A DNA stretch of 55,522 nucleotides, filler included, from Platydemus manokwari (lineage: Eukaryota), in the NCBI GenBank assembly GCA_037951405.1. It is 5 parts of 5 records of this genome, joined end to end, with 100 filler letters (N's around TTAATTAATTAA, not from the genome) between each part and the next. Parts side by side here need not be neighbours in the genome. Positions count along the whole stretch, not along the records: positions 22,988 to 36,163 come from JBBMOY011810279.1; positions 36,264 to 45,647 come from JBBMOY011255986.1; 3 more parts are not named here. The stretch is one strand, 5' to 3'. A program made the position numbers and the translations under genes. Of this stretch, positions 23,983 through 36,980 are shown piece by piece. Below the pieces are notes generated by a model. That model did not search any database, was not told the origin of the DNA, and was given only the letters and a program-made list of their open reading frames with translations. Numbering within the stretch: the stretch's first letter is position 1; the number at the start of each line of letters is the position of its first letter.

Positions 23983-26194
23983 ATGGCTGGAAATTTTTGG
24001 AGAAGTTCACATTGGTATATATGTTGTTTACATTTTATTAATCTTTTCATGAAGTTTAGAATGGCTTTTAGATAAGCAGTATGTTTTAAAAAATAGAGAA
24101 AGTGATGTTAAGGAATTAGGAGGTGAAGATGAATATCAAAAATTAATGATATTCTTTACAGGGGGTTTGAATTAATGATAAATTTTATATTTTAAAATTA
24201 TTTATAGTGACTATTTCTTTCGGTGAAAAGTTAGGGCTACGTCAACAAGTTATAGCAACAGCAGTAACATATTTTAAAAGATTTTATGCTATGTAAATTC
24301 GTGACTTACTATGATTATAAAATACTTTATATTAAGGTATTCATTAAAATCAGTTGATCCGTGGTTAATGGGTCAAACAGCTTTGTTTTTAGCTTCAAAA
24401 ATAGAAGTACATTTTTGGGATTGATAACGAAAATAATTTTTTCTAGGAGTTTGGTCTAGTTTCTCAAAAAAGTATAATACAAATGTGTAATACAGTTAGT
24501 TAGTGTATTTAATTTATTTCAAATACATTCTTAAAATGTGATTAGTTAAGCAAAAGTATTCTCAGTATTTTCCTAGAGAATATCCGCACAAAATCCAAGA
24601 TGTTCTTGATTGTGAATTCATTTTAGTCGAAGTCTTGGTAAGTTGTTTCTAATGAAAAATAACATAGATATTCATATTTTTAATATAGGATTGCTCATTA
24701 ATTGTATTTCATCCTTATCGATCACTAATGTTATATTCCGAAAGTCTTGCCAATTCCACTAATTATCAATGTGATCCTACCATTTTACAAAAAGCTTGGT
24801 ATGTCACATTTATTTCTAATTTTCACATTCAAAATTGATTTTTAAACTTTTCTATGAAATATTTTTTGGTAAACTCGAGATTTTTTGGAAAAGTGATTAA
24901 TTAAAATGGCTAAACAGAGTTGGGTTTTCCAATGTAAACTTTAAATGATATTTTAGGCTTGTTCATAATATTGTATAAAATATGTTAAACAAATGGATAC
25001 TTTTAGATGAATCAATAAATACTCTTAGCATTAGTTTCAATGATAAATATTAATTACAATTTTGAGGATGAGCAATTACTGGCCAATAGAGTAACATAAT
25101 ATGGTAAAAACATTATCCAATCTAATCTGTAAAAGTCAGAAAGGCCATTTATTGCTTGCAATGCAATTCTTTTCATTTCCAATCAATCCATTATTATATC
25201 CTCCCAACTAAATTCTTTCCATTTCCAATTATCCCCTTATTCTCTCTACCCAACCAAATTCTTTCCATTTCCAATTAACCTCTTATTCTCTCTTCCCAAC
25301 ACAATTCTTTCCATTTCCAATTAATCAGCTATTCCAAACAAATTATTGATTTCATTGATATTTTATCAAAATATTGATTTATTATAAATAAAAAATATTT
25401 ATTCATAATCAGTATTTTTAACATAATTTATTATTTTTTATCATAAATATTATTATTATCGATATCATGATATTATTAAACATGTGTGTCATCAGCATCA
25501 TCTCCGTCAAACATGTGTGTCATCAGCATCATCAAATATGTGTATCAAATTCATCTTATAAACTTATTATCATCTTATTAATAAATGATCATAATATCAT
25601 TATTAAATGAAAATTTTTATTCAATTCTCATATGGCTAAATAAATTATTTGTCAATTATTCACCTATCACTATACATTCCTATATATACATACATATTAT
25701 CCAGGAAAATTGTTAATGATAGCCTGCGAACAGATTTGATGCTTTATTATCCACCATATTTGATATCATTAGGTATATTAATTTGTTCACTTATAAAATA
25801 ATAATGACATGGATATTCAAATGCTTATTATAGGGTGCCTATTTTTGGCGTGTGTTATTGATAAGAAGAATGAAGATGCCATTCAAACATGGTTCGCTGA
25901 ACTTTCTGTTGATTTTAGCAAAGTAGTTTAACCATTGATATTTGATGAAACCATGTTTTGATAAAAACAATTCTTTATTAGATAATGGAAGTGGTGAAAA
26001 CAATGACGGGATTATATTGTTTATGGAAAACATGTGATGATGATAAAGATATATTTAATTTGCTATCAAAAATGCCCAAACCAAAGATCCACAATCCCAA
26101 TCAACAACAACACAATATTTCTCATCAACAAATCTCAAATAATAATTTGATGAAATCAAATGTAATTCAACATCAAGCTCCTCGAGCGAAATAG
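23983..26194 (+). CDS. CCNC: Cyclin C (CDK8 Mediator kinase module), 306 aa, 10 exons: 23983-24014, 24055-24164, 24208-24292, 24337-24406, 24447-24498, 24546-24637, 24689-24798, 25705-25772, 25834-25922, 25982-26194
   Basis: Spliced product: MAGNFWRSSHCLEWLLDKQ...LGLRQQVIATAVTYFKRFYA.YSLKSVDP...FLASKIEEFG...DCEF...DCSLIVFHPYR...AWKIVNDSLRTDL..YPP...WFAELSVD...LSKMPKPK. All introns are GT-AG (40, 43, 44, 40, 47, 51, 906, 61, 59 nt) and the frame is maintained. Mostly missed by the ORF track. Confidence 0.96.
25165..25325 (+). repeat. 46-bp minisatellite, about 3.5 copies, in CCNC intron 7
   Basis: Unit approximately aattctttccatttccaattatccccttattctctctacccaacca. Confidence 0.85.
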
Positions 26195-26605
26195 TGGCCA
26201 TCATAATTTATTGTTATTAACTTGTTTATTTGTATGTTTTATATATATGTATTTGTCAATCAATAAAATATTTGATTATTTTTTCTTGATTATTATTTAC
26301 CGATCAATAATTGAATTTAATTCATTTATAACCTTTCAATGAAAATGCATTTCTATTTGATAGTTATTTTAAATGTCAGAACTAGAAGAAATTTTCGTTT
26401 TAACACACGCTCACGCACACACACATTTGTGCACACATGTTAGACATGTATGATTGCAGTTTCTGATGCATTTATGGTGTTTTAATTTGGGATTTTAAAG
26501 TTTTATTTTATCGATTTGAATTTATTGTGATATCATTGAAAACTCATTGGATTATCAACATTCAATAACGTTATTGAACGATCTTAGATTCAAGGTTGTA
26601 AATTT

Positions 26606-29600
26606 ATGGAGTTCAAACCAATTCTTAGTGGTTTGTGGATCTTGGTTTTATTAGGAATAGTTCTAGGTTTGTGGAATTTATATCTGTTATGCAATTTTTT
26701 TGCTTATTGAGTCTGAATGAATATTATATGGAAAAATTATTAATACTCTAGCTGAGCCAGTAAGGCGGTTGAAAAGACAAGCAATAACCTCAACAATTTC
26801 AAGTCAAACACCTTCATATGAAGAACCTCCAGTTGCTGAAGATTATAATCCAGTATTCAAACTTGTATGAAATTCCGATTGTTATTTATAATTAGGTTGT
26901 GGAGGGCCCTGACATTATTATTGAAAAAAGAAAACTATTAGGCCCAAAAGGACCTCCTGGAGAAGTTGGACCACCAGGGCCTCCTGGTCTTCAAGGACCT
27001 ATGGGTAAACCTGGTCCTGATGGTCCACATGGTCCTCCAGGAGCTGATGGAGCAAAAGGGCCTCCTGGATTTCCTGGTCAACCAGGTTTTGATGGTAAAA
27101 TTGGTCAAGATGGAGATCCCGGCAGTATTGGAAATCCTGGATTACCTGGAATTCAAGGACCTCCTGGGCCTCTTGGTGCACAGGGTAAACCTGGTCCTCA
27201 AGGAGCTATTGGTAAAAGCGGTATAGTTGGTGAACCTGGTCCAGATGGAGTTCCAGTTAGCATTTTTGATTACTTATATTAATTATTTAATATTAAAATT
27301 GCGATTAAAAGTTCTAATAGCTGTTTTTTTTATAATTTTCTGACTTGAAAATCGTTTTATCCAGAAAAATGTTCTTTAGCAAATTTATTTTTTCAAAATC
27401 TGTAATCAATCGGTTCATAGGTCAACTTATTTTTGTGATAAATTATGGAAAATATCACATCAAGGATTCTGATCAAATATCTATGATCATATCCAATATA
27501 TTATTATCTGAAAATAGATCATCTATTTATTTTTTCAAAACAACAATTTCATACACAGATAATATTATCGAAAAAACTCGTGGTTTATGAAAACCAATAA
27601 AATTCCATATTACTATTATTTTTGAAAATGTTATTCATTTTGATAGTAGTTTGTAAATTTATATGGTCATATAATATAATCATTAATAAATATAAAATTC
27701 ATTTTTATAAAAAAATAGGGAAACAAAGGTGATATTGGAATTCCTGGCGTTAATGGATCACCTGGACCAAGAGGTCCAAATGGGGAACCCGGACCGATGG
27801 GATCTTTGGGACCTATTGGTCCTCCTGGTAATATCGGTAGAGCAGGTTTTCCTGGACCAACCGGACCACACGGCCCAAATGGCCTGCCTGGAGTTACAGG
27901 ACCTCCAGGTCTTAAAGGTGATGATGGAAACATTGGTCGTCGAGGTAGTGCAGGTAATCCTGGATCCCCGGGGCAGGATGGAGCCCCTGGCCCTGTTGGA
28001 TTGAAAGGTCCACAAGTAATTACATTATTTTATATTTGTCCTCATTTAAGTTATTTTAAGGGTGTCAGTGGAAAACATGGAAATCCTGGTAGGAAAGGTG
28101 AGTCAGGTCCCCATGGTCTACCAGGAGTACAAGGTCCATCAGGAAGCATTGGACAAACAGGTAAACCAGGATTGCAAGGTCCACCTGGGCCTAAAGGATC
28201 AACTGGATTAATAGGCCCTCAAGGAAATATTGGTCTTGCTGGACCAATAGGCGAGCCGGGAGATGTAGGAAATAGGGGTGAAACCGGAGTAGTCGGTGAT
28301 GCCGGAAAAATGGGACCTATTGGTCTACCTGGTATACCCGGAATTAAAGGTGATGTGGGTAAAGAAGGTCAACCTGGGCTACCAGGAAATCCTGGATTAG
28401 ATGGAATGACTGGAAAAATTGGTCTCCCTGGCAAAGATGGTGGACCAGGAAGAGTTGGTGCTAGGGGATTAGTTGGTATAATAGGAAAAACTGGCCAGGA
28501 TGGGAAAAGAGGAGACCGAGGCTATCCTGGACCAGTAGGGCAAGATGGGTTTCCTGGTCTTGCTGGTGATCCTGGTCCTCGTGGCGATAACGGTAATCCA
28601 GGTGATGATGGAAATGTCGGTGATGAAGGTCCTCCTGGAAGACAAGGTCCACAAGGAGGTGCTGGTCCACCAGTATGTTAAAATTATATGCTAAGAACTT
28701 ATTTATTTAATAATGCATTCAATTTATTATTTAGTTTATAAAATTATACATTTAATTTAATTGTTTAAAGATTTCTTTTCCACAGATGAAAGCTATTTCT
28801 CTCTATTCCAATACGCTTGAACTAGTTAAGACACTCTTATCTTCTTATAATTCTAATATTTTTATTTCCACCAATTTATCAAGATAAAATCCACTGACTT
28901 CTCAATTAATAAATTATGTGAAATTATTAATGGAATAGAAGTGTTATCAATGAATATGTTGTTTAAGAAATCCATCCAGATCTTTTAGACAGATTTTTAT
29001 TCATGACAATTTTCTTATCAATTTACCATTCTTTGAAAATCAATTTAAGAAGGATCCAAAATACAAACTCAAAATTTATTCGACGTATCTCATGTTTTAT
29101 GAAGCTTCATTTTACTTTCATATATAATGAAACTCCATCAATCTGAGTATCTTAATTATTTATAACATTTATGAATGTTAAAGAACTCAGTTGTTGTCTT
29201 TAGTAATTTTTGTTGAAAGAAATTTAATTTTTTTAAAATGATAGTTATAGTTTAATATTTATTGAATTTCTCATTTCAATACTTATAATTATTTCCATGG
29301 AATTTTTATGAAATTTTTAAATATTATTTTAGGGTGTAAGAGGTGAAACGGGTCCTTCTGGAGATTCTGGTAATATTGGGCCAAAGGGTGAAATGGGCAC
29401 ATCTGGCAATATTGGCCCTATTGGTTCAAGAGGTAAAACTGGAAAAGTTGGAAAACCTGGACCTCCTGGTCCTCAGGGTGAAAAGGGTGTTGATGGACCA
29501 TCGGGAGAGCCCGGTCCAAAGGGTCCAGACGGAGTAAGAGGTCAAACAGGAAGCACTGGTTCAAATGGGATTAATGGAAAACCAGGAAATGATGGTGGTA

Positions 29601-32600
29601 ACGGTGAGGTTGGAATCGATGGACCTATGGGCCCAGAAGGATCTGAAGGTGAATCTGGAAAACCTGGTCGTATTGGGTTACCAGGTTCAGGAGGGTCAAA
29701 AGGGGAGAACGGAAATCCTGGGATAATTGGCCGTCATGGAATTGCTGTTAATAAATAAAGCTTGCATTTTTCTAATATATTTTTAAATGTTTAGGGTCTT
29801 CCTGGTGTAATAGGGTTAATGGGTTCTACTGGAGCTCGTGGTATTAAAGGTAAAAGAGGATCAGATGCTGGCGTTGGACAGCCTGGACCACCAGGACCAC
29901 CTGGTCCTCCAGGCCCCCAAGGTGCACCTGGATCTGTTGGTGTAATTGGAAGAGGAGCTTCACGATCTGCTGCAACTCCTGGTGGTCCTGGTCATATAGG
30001 AGATTCTGGGGTTGCTGGTAAGCCTGGTAAAACCGGACTTCCTGGTAAATATTTAAAATTTTTCTAAAATATTTAATTTATTAAGATTTTTTGAAGTTTT
30101 ATATTAAACAAGATAACTTAATGCCAATCAAGTTAATGCGCATGGAAAAACAATTATAAACATTTATATTTCTTTCTAAAAGATCCATGATAGCATAACA
30201 AGGGTTGTTCTTTTAAACAAAATTAAGAATGTTATATTTATGTATGTAAAATATAGTGAGATAGCAAATTTTATTCTTTTATATATTTTCTAAACAAATT
30301 TGATAGAAAAAATAACGAAGTATTTCGAAATGCCTAATAAATTTCGATATATATATTTTTCAATTAAAATTTGTTCGATTTAACTGGGATAAAGAAATTC
30401 CATATTCTAACTGTTGTTGACAAACAAGATTAGATTAAATAATTAAACAGACACTGCATCTTTTATAGTTTTCTGCTAGATGACATCTTTTATACTTTTC
30501 ATTGAAAAAAGCACTGGCGGTTGCTTGTATTAGGTCCAAAGCAATGGATAATTAAAGGAACTCTAGAAAGTACATAGTCATTCATGATTTTGTCAAACAT
30601 TTGGCCGAATATACGTTAGGATTTTTACGAGATTGCGTCTTTAAATGTATCTATACTTCAAAAGAAATAAAGTAAAATTTAAGAATTTCAATACTTTTCA
30701 ACATATTATTCACATGTAATTTTAAGAATAAGTTCAGATTCATGGAGTTCCATGGTGAAAAAAAATAAAAAATTTGCAAAGAATTCCATATCCGACAGAG
30801 ATTGAGAAGCACTGGTACAACTGATACAAAATTATAAGATAATATATAAATTATAAAACCATTATGGTATTTTTAATGATAGATTCAACTCATTATTAAA
30901 ATAACTATGAATTATCTCAACAAAAATTGAGATCGTTAATATTTATTTTGAATTTTATTAACGAACTGCAATGTTTTGGTGAAATTATGGTATAGATAAC
31001 TTTCAACTATAATTTTTGATGTTCATTCAAATTTTTTAACATAAAATAATTTTATTTTTCCTTACCAAAGGCCATTTCATAAGATCCCTTTGATAACAAA
31101 CTAAAAGTAAATACGTAAGATGAAATTCAAAAGATCGTTTTCAAAATTTTATAATATTATGCCTGTTTTATTAATAAGACATTTTCTGGCACATAAACTA
31201 AATGAAAAAACATTTTATTTTTAAGGATATAAACTACTTATTATAGCACAATTTTGTAACTATCAAGTATCATTTTCGCAATCCAACTTCAAGGCAATAT
31301 TTTTAAACCACAATTGGATAAAAAATGTTTTATATTTTTTATGTGTTCTCAAAATGAAACAAAGTAACTTTTGTATCTGTACTCTAACATCTATTAGCTC
31401 ATCAAGATTACCACAAGATTATAGATGTTCTATTTAGCAGCTGTCCACGGAAAAACAAATTATATATTTATACCATATATCATATCCATTGTATTGAAAA
31501 CGTTGAATTTCTAAACGTTTCTTCTTATAATAGTAATCTGTAAAAAGGTTACTTTTTAAGAACCAGATGCTATCTTGTAAATATTATAAATGAAAATTTT
31601 ATAAATTTAAAAACTCGTATTGTTACTTCATATCCTCTATATTTCTTCTAATTTGTCATTCATTTATTGAAATCATGTTAATTATTTGAATCACGTTTGT
31701 ATATATTAGCAATTGATAATTATATGTCACTATATATTTCATTGTATCTGAGAATAAAAAATTTCTTTTTTCAAAATTCTTAAGTTATTAAATTTTTAAA
31801 TATTTTTAGGTCCACCCGGAATTGCTGGACCTAAAGGTCGTATCGGTCCTATTGGTGAAAATGGACCTCCTGGTTCACCTGGACCAAGAGGACCACCTGG
31901 TAAGGATGGAGCTTCTGGTAAACCTGGAATAGATGGAAAACCTGGACCAAAGGGTGAAACAGGGAAAAGAGGAATTCCAGGAAATAGTGGAGAAGAAGGC
32001 TCTAGAGGTGAACCAGGTTTGGTAGGGATGAGAGGAAAGCAGGGCATAAGTGGTGAAAGTGGAAGACCTGGAGCTAATGGGTCACCAGGTAAACCAGGGT
32101 CAAATGGACCTAGAGGTCTTCCTGGTGATAGAGGTTTAACTGGAAAAGATGGAAGAAATGGCGTTCAAGGACCTCTTGGAGATAAAGGTCCTCAAGGACC
32201 AAGGGGTGAGCCTGGAAATCCAGGTGTTTCAGGTCGCGATGGTTCACCAGGTGTTCAAGTAATAATAATTGATAGAATAATATTAATTTTATTACATTGT
32301 ATATTTTAAGGGTAAGCAAGGAGCTCCTGGAAAACCAGGCCAATTGGGTTCAATTGGACCACCGGGACCTCCAGGTCCTTCAGGAAAGCAGGGAATACTT
32401 GGTAAAGAAGGTCAGATTGGACCTGTTGGTTTAGAGGGAAAGTCTGGACCTATGGGGAAAATTGGTATCGCTGGTGAACCAGGTGAATTTGGAGAAACTG
32501 GTCCAGAAGGTCCTCCAGGAGGACGAGGAAATCCTGGAGCTCAAGGATCTCCTGGGGAAATTGGACTTAAAGGACCTCAAGGTCCTCAAGGCCCTCCTGG

Positions 32601-34335
32601 AAATAGAGGTCCACAAGGAAAATGGGGTGCTCGAGGTGACCAAGGTGTTGCAGGAAAGCTCGGACCAAAAGGCGATAACGGACCGACTGGTGAAGTTGGG
32701 AAAGATGGTGTAGATGGAGCTGATGGACCTACTGGCCCACCTGGCAAATCAGGCCAACAAGGTTTTAAAGGATGGACAGGTGAACCTGGGGATGATGGAA
32801 GCCCTGGTGCTCCTGGTATGAAAGGTCCAAGCGGAAACCCTGGGTATCCTGGACCATTAGGATTACCTGGGCCTCGTGGATTAGTAGGTCTTGATGGATT
32901 ACCGGGGGAGCAAGGATACCAAGTAAATATTTGGAAACCAATAAATATTATTTAATTAATATTTTTGAAGATATTTTTTCACAGAAATTTTTTCTCATAT
33001 TTTGTTTAGAATTATTGACTTTTCAAATACTTGTTATTTTATATTAAAATATAATGATGATGTCACTCATCATGTGATTTAATAGATTGAGGATTGAATT
33101 TAAAAAAAAATTATTGAATATAAAATTCGTGTTTTTTAATTTTTAAAATTTTTCAGTATATTTTCTTGTAAAATATTGAATTTATTTAAAGATTTAATTT
33201 ATATTTTTTCTTTTACCTGTTACCCCCTCAGTAAATATCTAAAATATGTTGTGATTACATCAATATTCTAGCAGAAATCGATACAATGATCAAGATACGA
33301 TAAATCAGTATCAAAATAAAGAGTCTTGCTTACAAGATTTCAAAGAAAGTTACACAATTCATTATTATTCAAATATTAAATTAATTAATCTAATGAAATT
33401 CACTTTGATGCCAGGGTGAACCAGGATTGCCAGGTCCCACTGGATCGAATGGAAATGATGGTAAACGCGGACCCCCGGGCCCTCAAGGTAATAGTGGCCC
33501 TCCTGGCCCACCAGGATCACCAGGAATGTCAGATCCAAATATGCAAATGTTTGGCGATGAAAAGGAAATGGCAAATTTACTTGGACTTGATGCAATATCC
33601 CTTCCAGACGGAAGTAAGAGTCTTCCGGGTAGAACTTGTCGACATCTTATAGAAGTTATGCCAGGAATGTCAGACGGTATAAGCTCATTTCAATTTAATA
33701 TTTTTATGATCATAATAGGATTTTATTACGTGGATCCAAATGGAGGAATAGTTGATGACGCATTTGAGGTGTTTTGTAAAGTTGAGGGCAAACAAACCTG
33801 CATCAAATCTACAATACCAGAATTTTCCCAAAGATCATATCATAACATTTCCAATGGGCATTACAAATTTTTATCCCACTTTTCCGACACAAGTCGAGTA
33901 AAATATCATAAAGTCAATTCAATATTATATTATGCTTTAGCTGCAATATAATGCCGAAAGATCACAATTAAATCATTTAAAAATGCTTAGTCGTATTGGA
34001 CAGCAAAAGATATCTTTTAAATGTAAAGGCGGTATTCGACTGATTAAAGATCTGGAGAAACCTATCATTTTAATAACAGACAATGATAAAATTTTGCGAT
34101 ATCAGCATTCTATATTTAATTACAAAGTAGTTCAAGATAATTGTGATGTTGGTTTTCTATTTTTCAATGGCGTTTTAATTTTTTTTTCAATTTATAGTTT
34201 GACGAGGGTAATACAGAATTAGAGATATTCACAAGAGCTCATAGGATGCCTATTCGTGATATTGGGTTAAGCTACTTTGGATCACATAAGGATCATAAAG
34301 TTGGATTTGTCATTAGTGAGGTATGCTTCCAATAA
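26606..34335 (+). CDS. Fibrillar collagen alpha chain, about 1313 aa, 13 exons: 26606-26666, 26752-26852, 26896-27255, 27719-28015, 28061-28672, 29333-29746, 29795-30044, 31810-32258, 32311-32922, 33415-33676, 33719-33897, 33941-34147, 34198-34335
   Basis: Signal peptide [21 protein letters not shown], an RRLKR site and about 1022 aa of Gly-X-Y domain. COLFI C-propeptide motifs: [63 protein letters not shown]. All junctions are GT-AG and in frame. The exon 2 donor could alternatively be at 26864. Confidence 0.95.
30440..30545 (+). mobile_element. Possible hAT transposase remnant inside collagen intron 7
   Basis: FYSFLLDD followed by frameshifted EK.LAVACIR resembles the hAT FS...DE.TD.S....L...VR motif. 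Confidence 0.3.
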
Positions 34336-35247
34336 AGACGACCTCTATTTTGGGAGTTGGACTAAATATTTTAAAAATACTTGTGTGTAACTATTGAATG
34401 TTATAAATGATTTTTGTCAGTTTTGTTAATAGACTTAATTTTTACAATCAATTATCTTTTAGTTAATAATCGTCAATAATAATGTCACAACAAAATATTC
34501 ATTGATTTAGTAAATGAAAATGGTCAAATGATTACAGACTTTTACGAAAGCAAATGATCTAATAATTGAAAGAAACTTGGAATTAAAAATCTAAGTTTTT
34601 CAGGGATATTCTTTGTAGGATTATGTTTATATTAATGTCTAACATTCCTCACTAGAATATCATTTTCGCAATATCAGTACCAAATGATTATAAACTTACA
34701 AATTCAATATTGTAGACATTAGAAACATTTACTAAAAACAGTGCCATCACTCAATATAGCTGAAATATATGTTGAAAGAGTCATTTCTCGAAATGAAATT
34801 CGATGTTTTGTTTTATTATTTATTATATTAATTTAATTAGGTATTTTATTAAACTTTAATATTTCATATTTTAATTTTTGGCTTCAATCCAAAGATAAGG
34901 GCTACTTAAGTTTATTTTCTTAGGGGTTCCGGATTTATTAATTTGGATTCTTTCTAGCTTTTAGGTTCGATCTTTATACGTTTAAAATATATATAGAAGT
35001 TTGAATTGACTTTGTCATTTGGAACCAAACAATGACCTTTACATTTCGTTCAAATGGTTTGATGCAATCACCTATGGCCATTATATTTTTTTAGTTAGAT
35101 TGTTAATTTATTAACGGTTGAATGAAATTAGAGAAAATTATGAAACCCCTTGTTAATATTAATTTTTATTATTATTTTATAAATAACATTTAAATGAATA
35201 ATAATAATTGTTACCAATGTTCGGCATTATAAATTTTGGATTTTTAA

Positions 35248-35282
<35 letters not shown>
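35248..35282 (+). repeat. (AAT)n microsatellite
   Basis: About 11 perfect AAT units. Confidence 0.95.
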
Positions 35283-35283
<1 letters not shown>

Positions 35284-36163
35284 TTTAATTATTATAATAA
35301 TAATTATTCTAGTTAACATTTTAAAAAATAATTATTAAATTTATATGCTTTCTGCCCATTTTGCTTTCAAGACTTTATCAATTTCAGCCGAAAATCAGTT
35401 CTTTTGATCAATCAGATCTTATCAAATTGAAAATTAATTTCGATAGTTATTCAGAAATTAAGTGAAATTATTTTCCTGATCTTACCAAAGTTACTGCGAT
35501 CATTATGTTCAAATATAGTTAAATTTCTTTCTTTTTAATGAATTTATTATTAATAGGTTTATTCGAAAAGTAAATGATGTATCATTTAATAAAATATTCT
35601 AACTTTAACATCTTGATACAATTATTAACAATATTTTTATAAAAGTTCATATATTTTATAGAAGTTCATATTTTAAAATTAAAAGTAATTAAGTTTAAAT
35701 TTTACAAAATCTCTTTAATTAATTTCCTTTCAATTATTTTTAAAATGTGATTCTTTGGTTATATAAAATAAATTATCTTATAATAATTATAATAACGTTT
35801 TCAAAAACTTCAAACCGTTCCTTAGATTTATATTATTGGTAAATATTAAACTTAGTCAATTCCAATAAGTTTAGTAATCGTTTCTACTTATTAGTATCCA
35901 ATAGAACTCCGATTACAAAATATAATGATAGATAGATTATGGATTCGAATTTGTGGTCCTCCGACTCAGACATTTTAGTACACTTTTGTTTTATATCACC
36001 ATGATATTTAACAACAAATTCTTAATTTATTTTCTGTTTCAACAAAAATAAAGCTTTGAAATATAAATAAATTACTTATTACTGTAATCTAATAGTGATA
36101 TTAACGAATATCATACTGAATATTATCATTAAAAAAATTTTATCAAAATTTTGATATTCATAA

Positions 36164-36263
36164 NNNNNNNNNNNNNNNNNNNNNNNNNNNNNNNNNNNNN
36201 NNNNNNNTTAATTAATTAANNNNNNNNNNNNNNNNNNNNNNNNNNNNNNNNNNNNNNNNNNNN
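36164..36263. other. Artificial contig linker
   Basis: 44 N + TTAATTAATTAA + 44 N. Confidence 0.97.
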
Positions 36264-36649
36264 ATATTCTTAGAGATAATCGTAACTGTTTTTATATTTT
36301 GTTAAATATATAGTAACTAATATATATTATTTAATATAAATTATAGTTTCTCAAAAAACCAATTCTTAAACATCATGATTTGTATTTTAAGTCATGTTTA
36401 TTTTTATTTTATTATTCATAATATATAATTATAAATGGGGTGTAAATATTGGATTATTTAAAACTGCTTTATTGGTTTATCAAATTTTTTATCAAATAAA
36501 TATTTTAAATCACTTGTAATCTCACACATCACGCTGAACATGCTATCAAACAGGCATAGTTAGTTATATATTATAATGTGTCAAAAGTATAAAAAAGGAA
36601 ATATTTTTGAAAATTTCTGAGAAATCACAAAGAGAAAGAAAAAATTGAA

Positions 36650-36980
36650 AGGTGAGATATGTTACATATGACAAATGTATGTGAAATTTGAAAGGAAAAT
36701 TCTAATGAATAAATTTGAGTTGTGAATTTGACAGGAAAATCTTTCATACTTGATAAAATAGTTAAAATCATTTGCATAAAATTGTTTTGTAAAATATTTT
36801 CCTGAACCGTTTCACTGGATCTTTGCAAAAAATATTAATTCAGTGATTGTTTCCAACGACTTATTTGTGCTTTACAATTTCCAATGTTCGATTCTCTATT
36901 TACATTATTTATTAGCATAGAAAAACCTTTTCGAATCACATTAATCGTTAATACTCAGCAACAAATATTATATTGGTAAT
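36650..36980 (+). repeat. Repeat family R3, copy A
   Basis: Shares atatgacaaatgtatg and gttaaaatcatttgcat(a)..attgttttgtaaaatatt with 41610-42015 (direct) and 38635-39030 (inverted). Confidence 0.8.

Noticed and set aside
25165-25535. Regularly spaced repeats in CCNC intron 7 as a possible CRISPR-like array
   Set aside because: The 'spacers' are homologous to each other, so this is a simple minisatellite in a eukaryotic intron.
26966-33652. Many overlapping alternative-frame and antisense ORFs over the collagen exons
   Set aside because: Shadow ORFs produced by Gly-Pro codon periodicity and higher GC; no independent coding signal.
35935-35990. tRNA-like T-arm (TTCGAATCC on the minus strand)
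   Set aside because: No complete cloverleaf or A box; at most a decayed SINE head.
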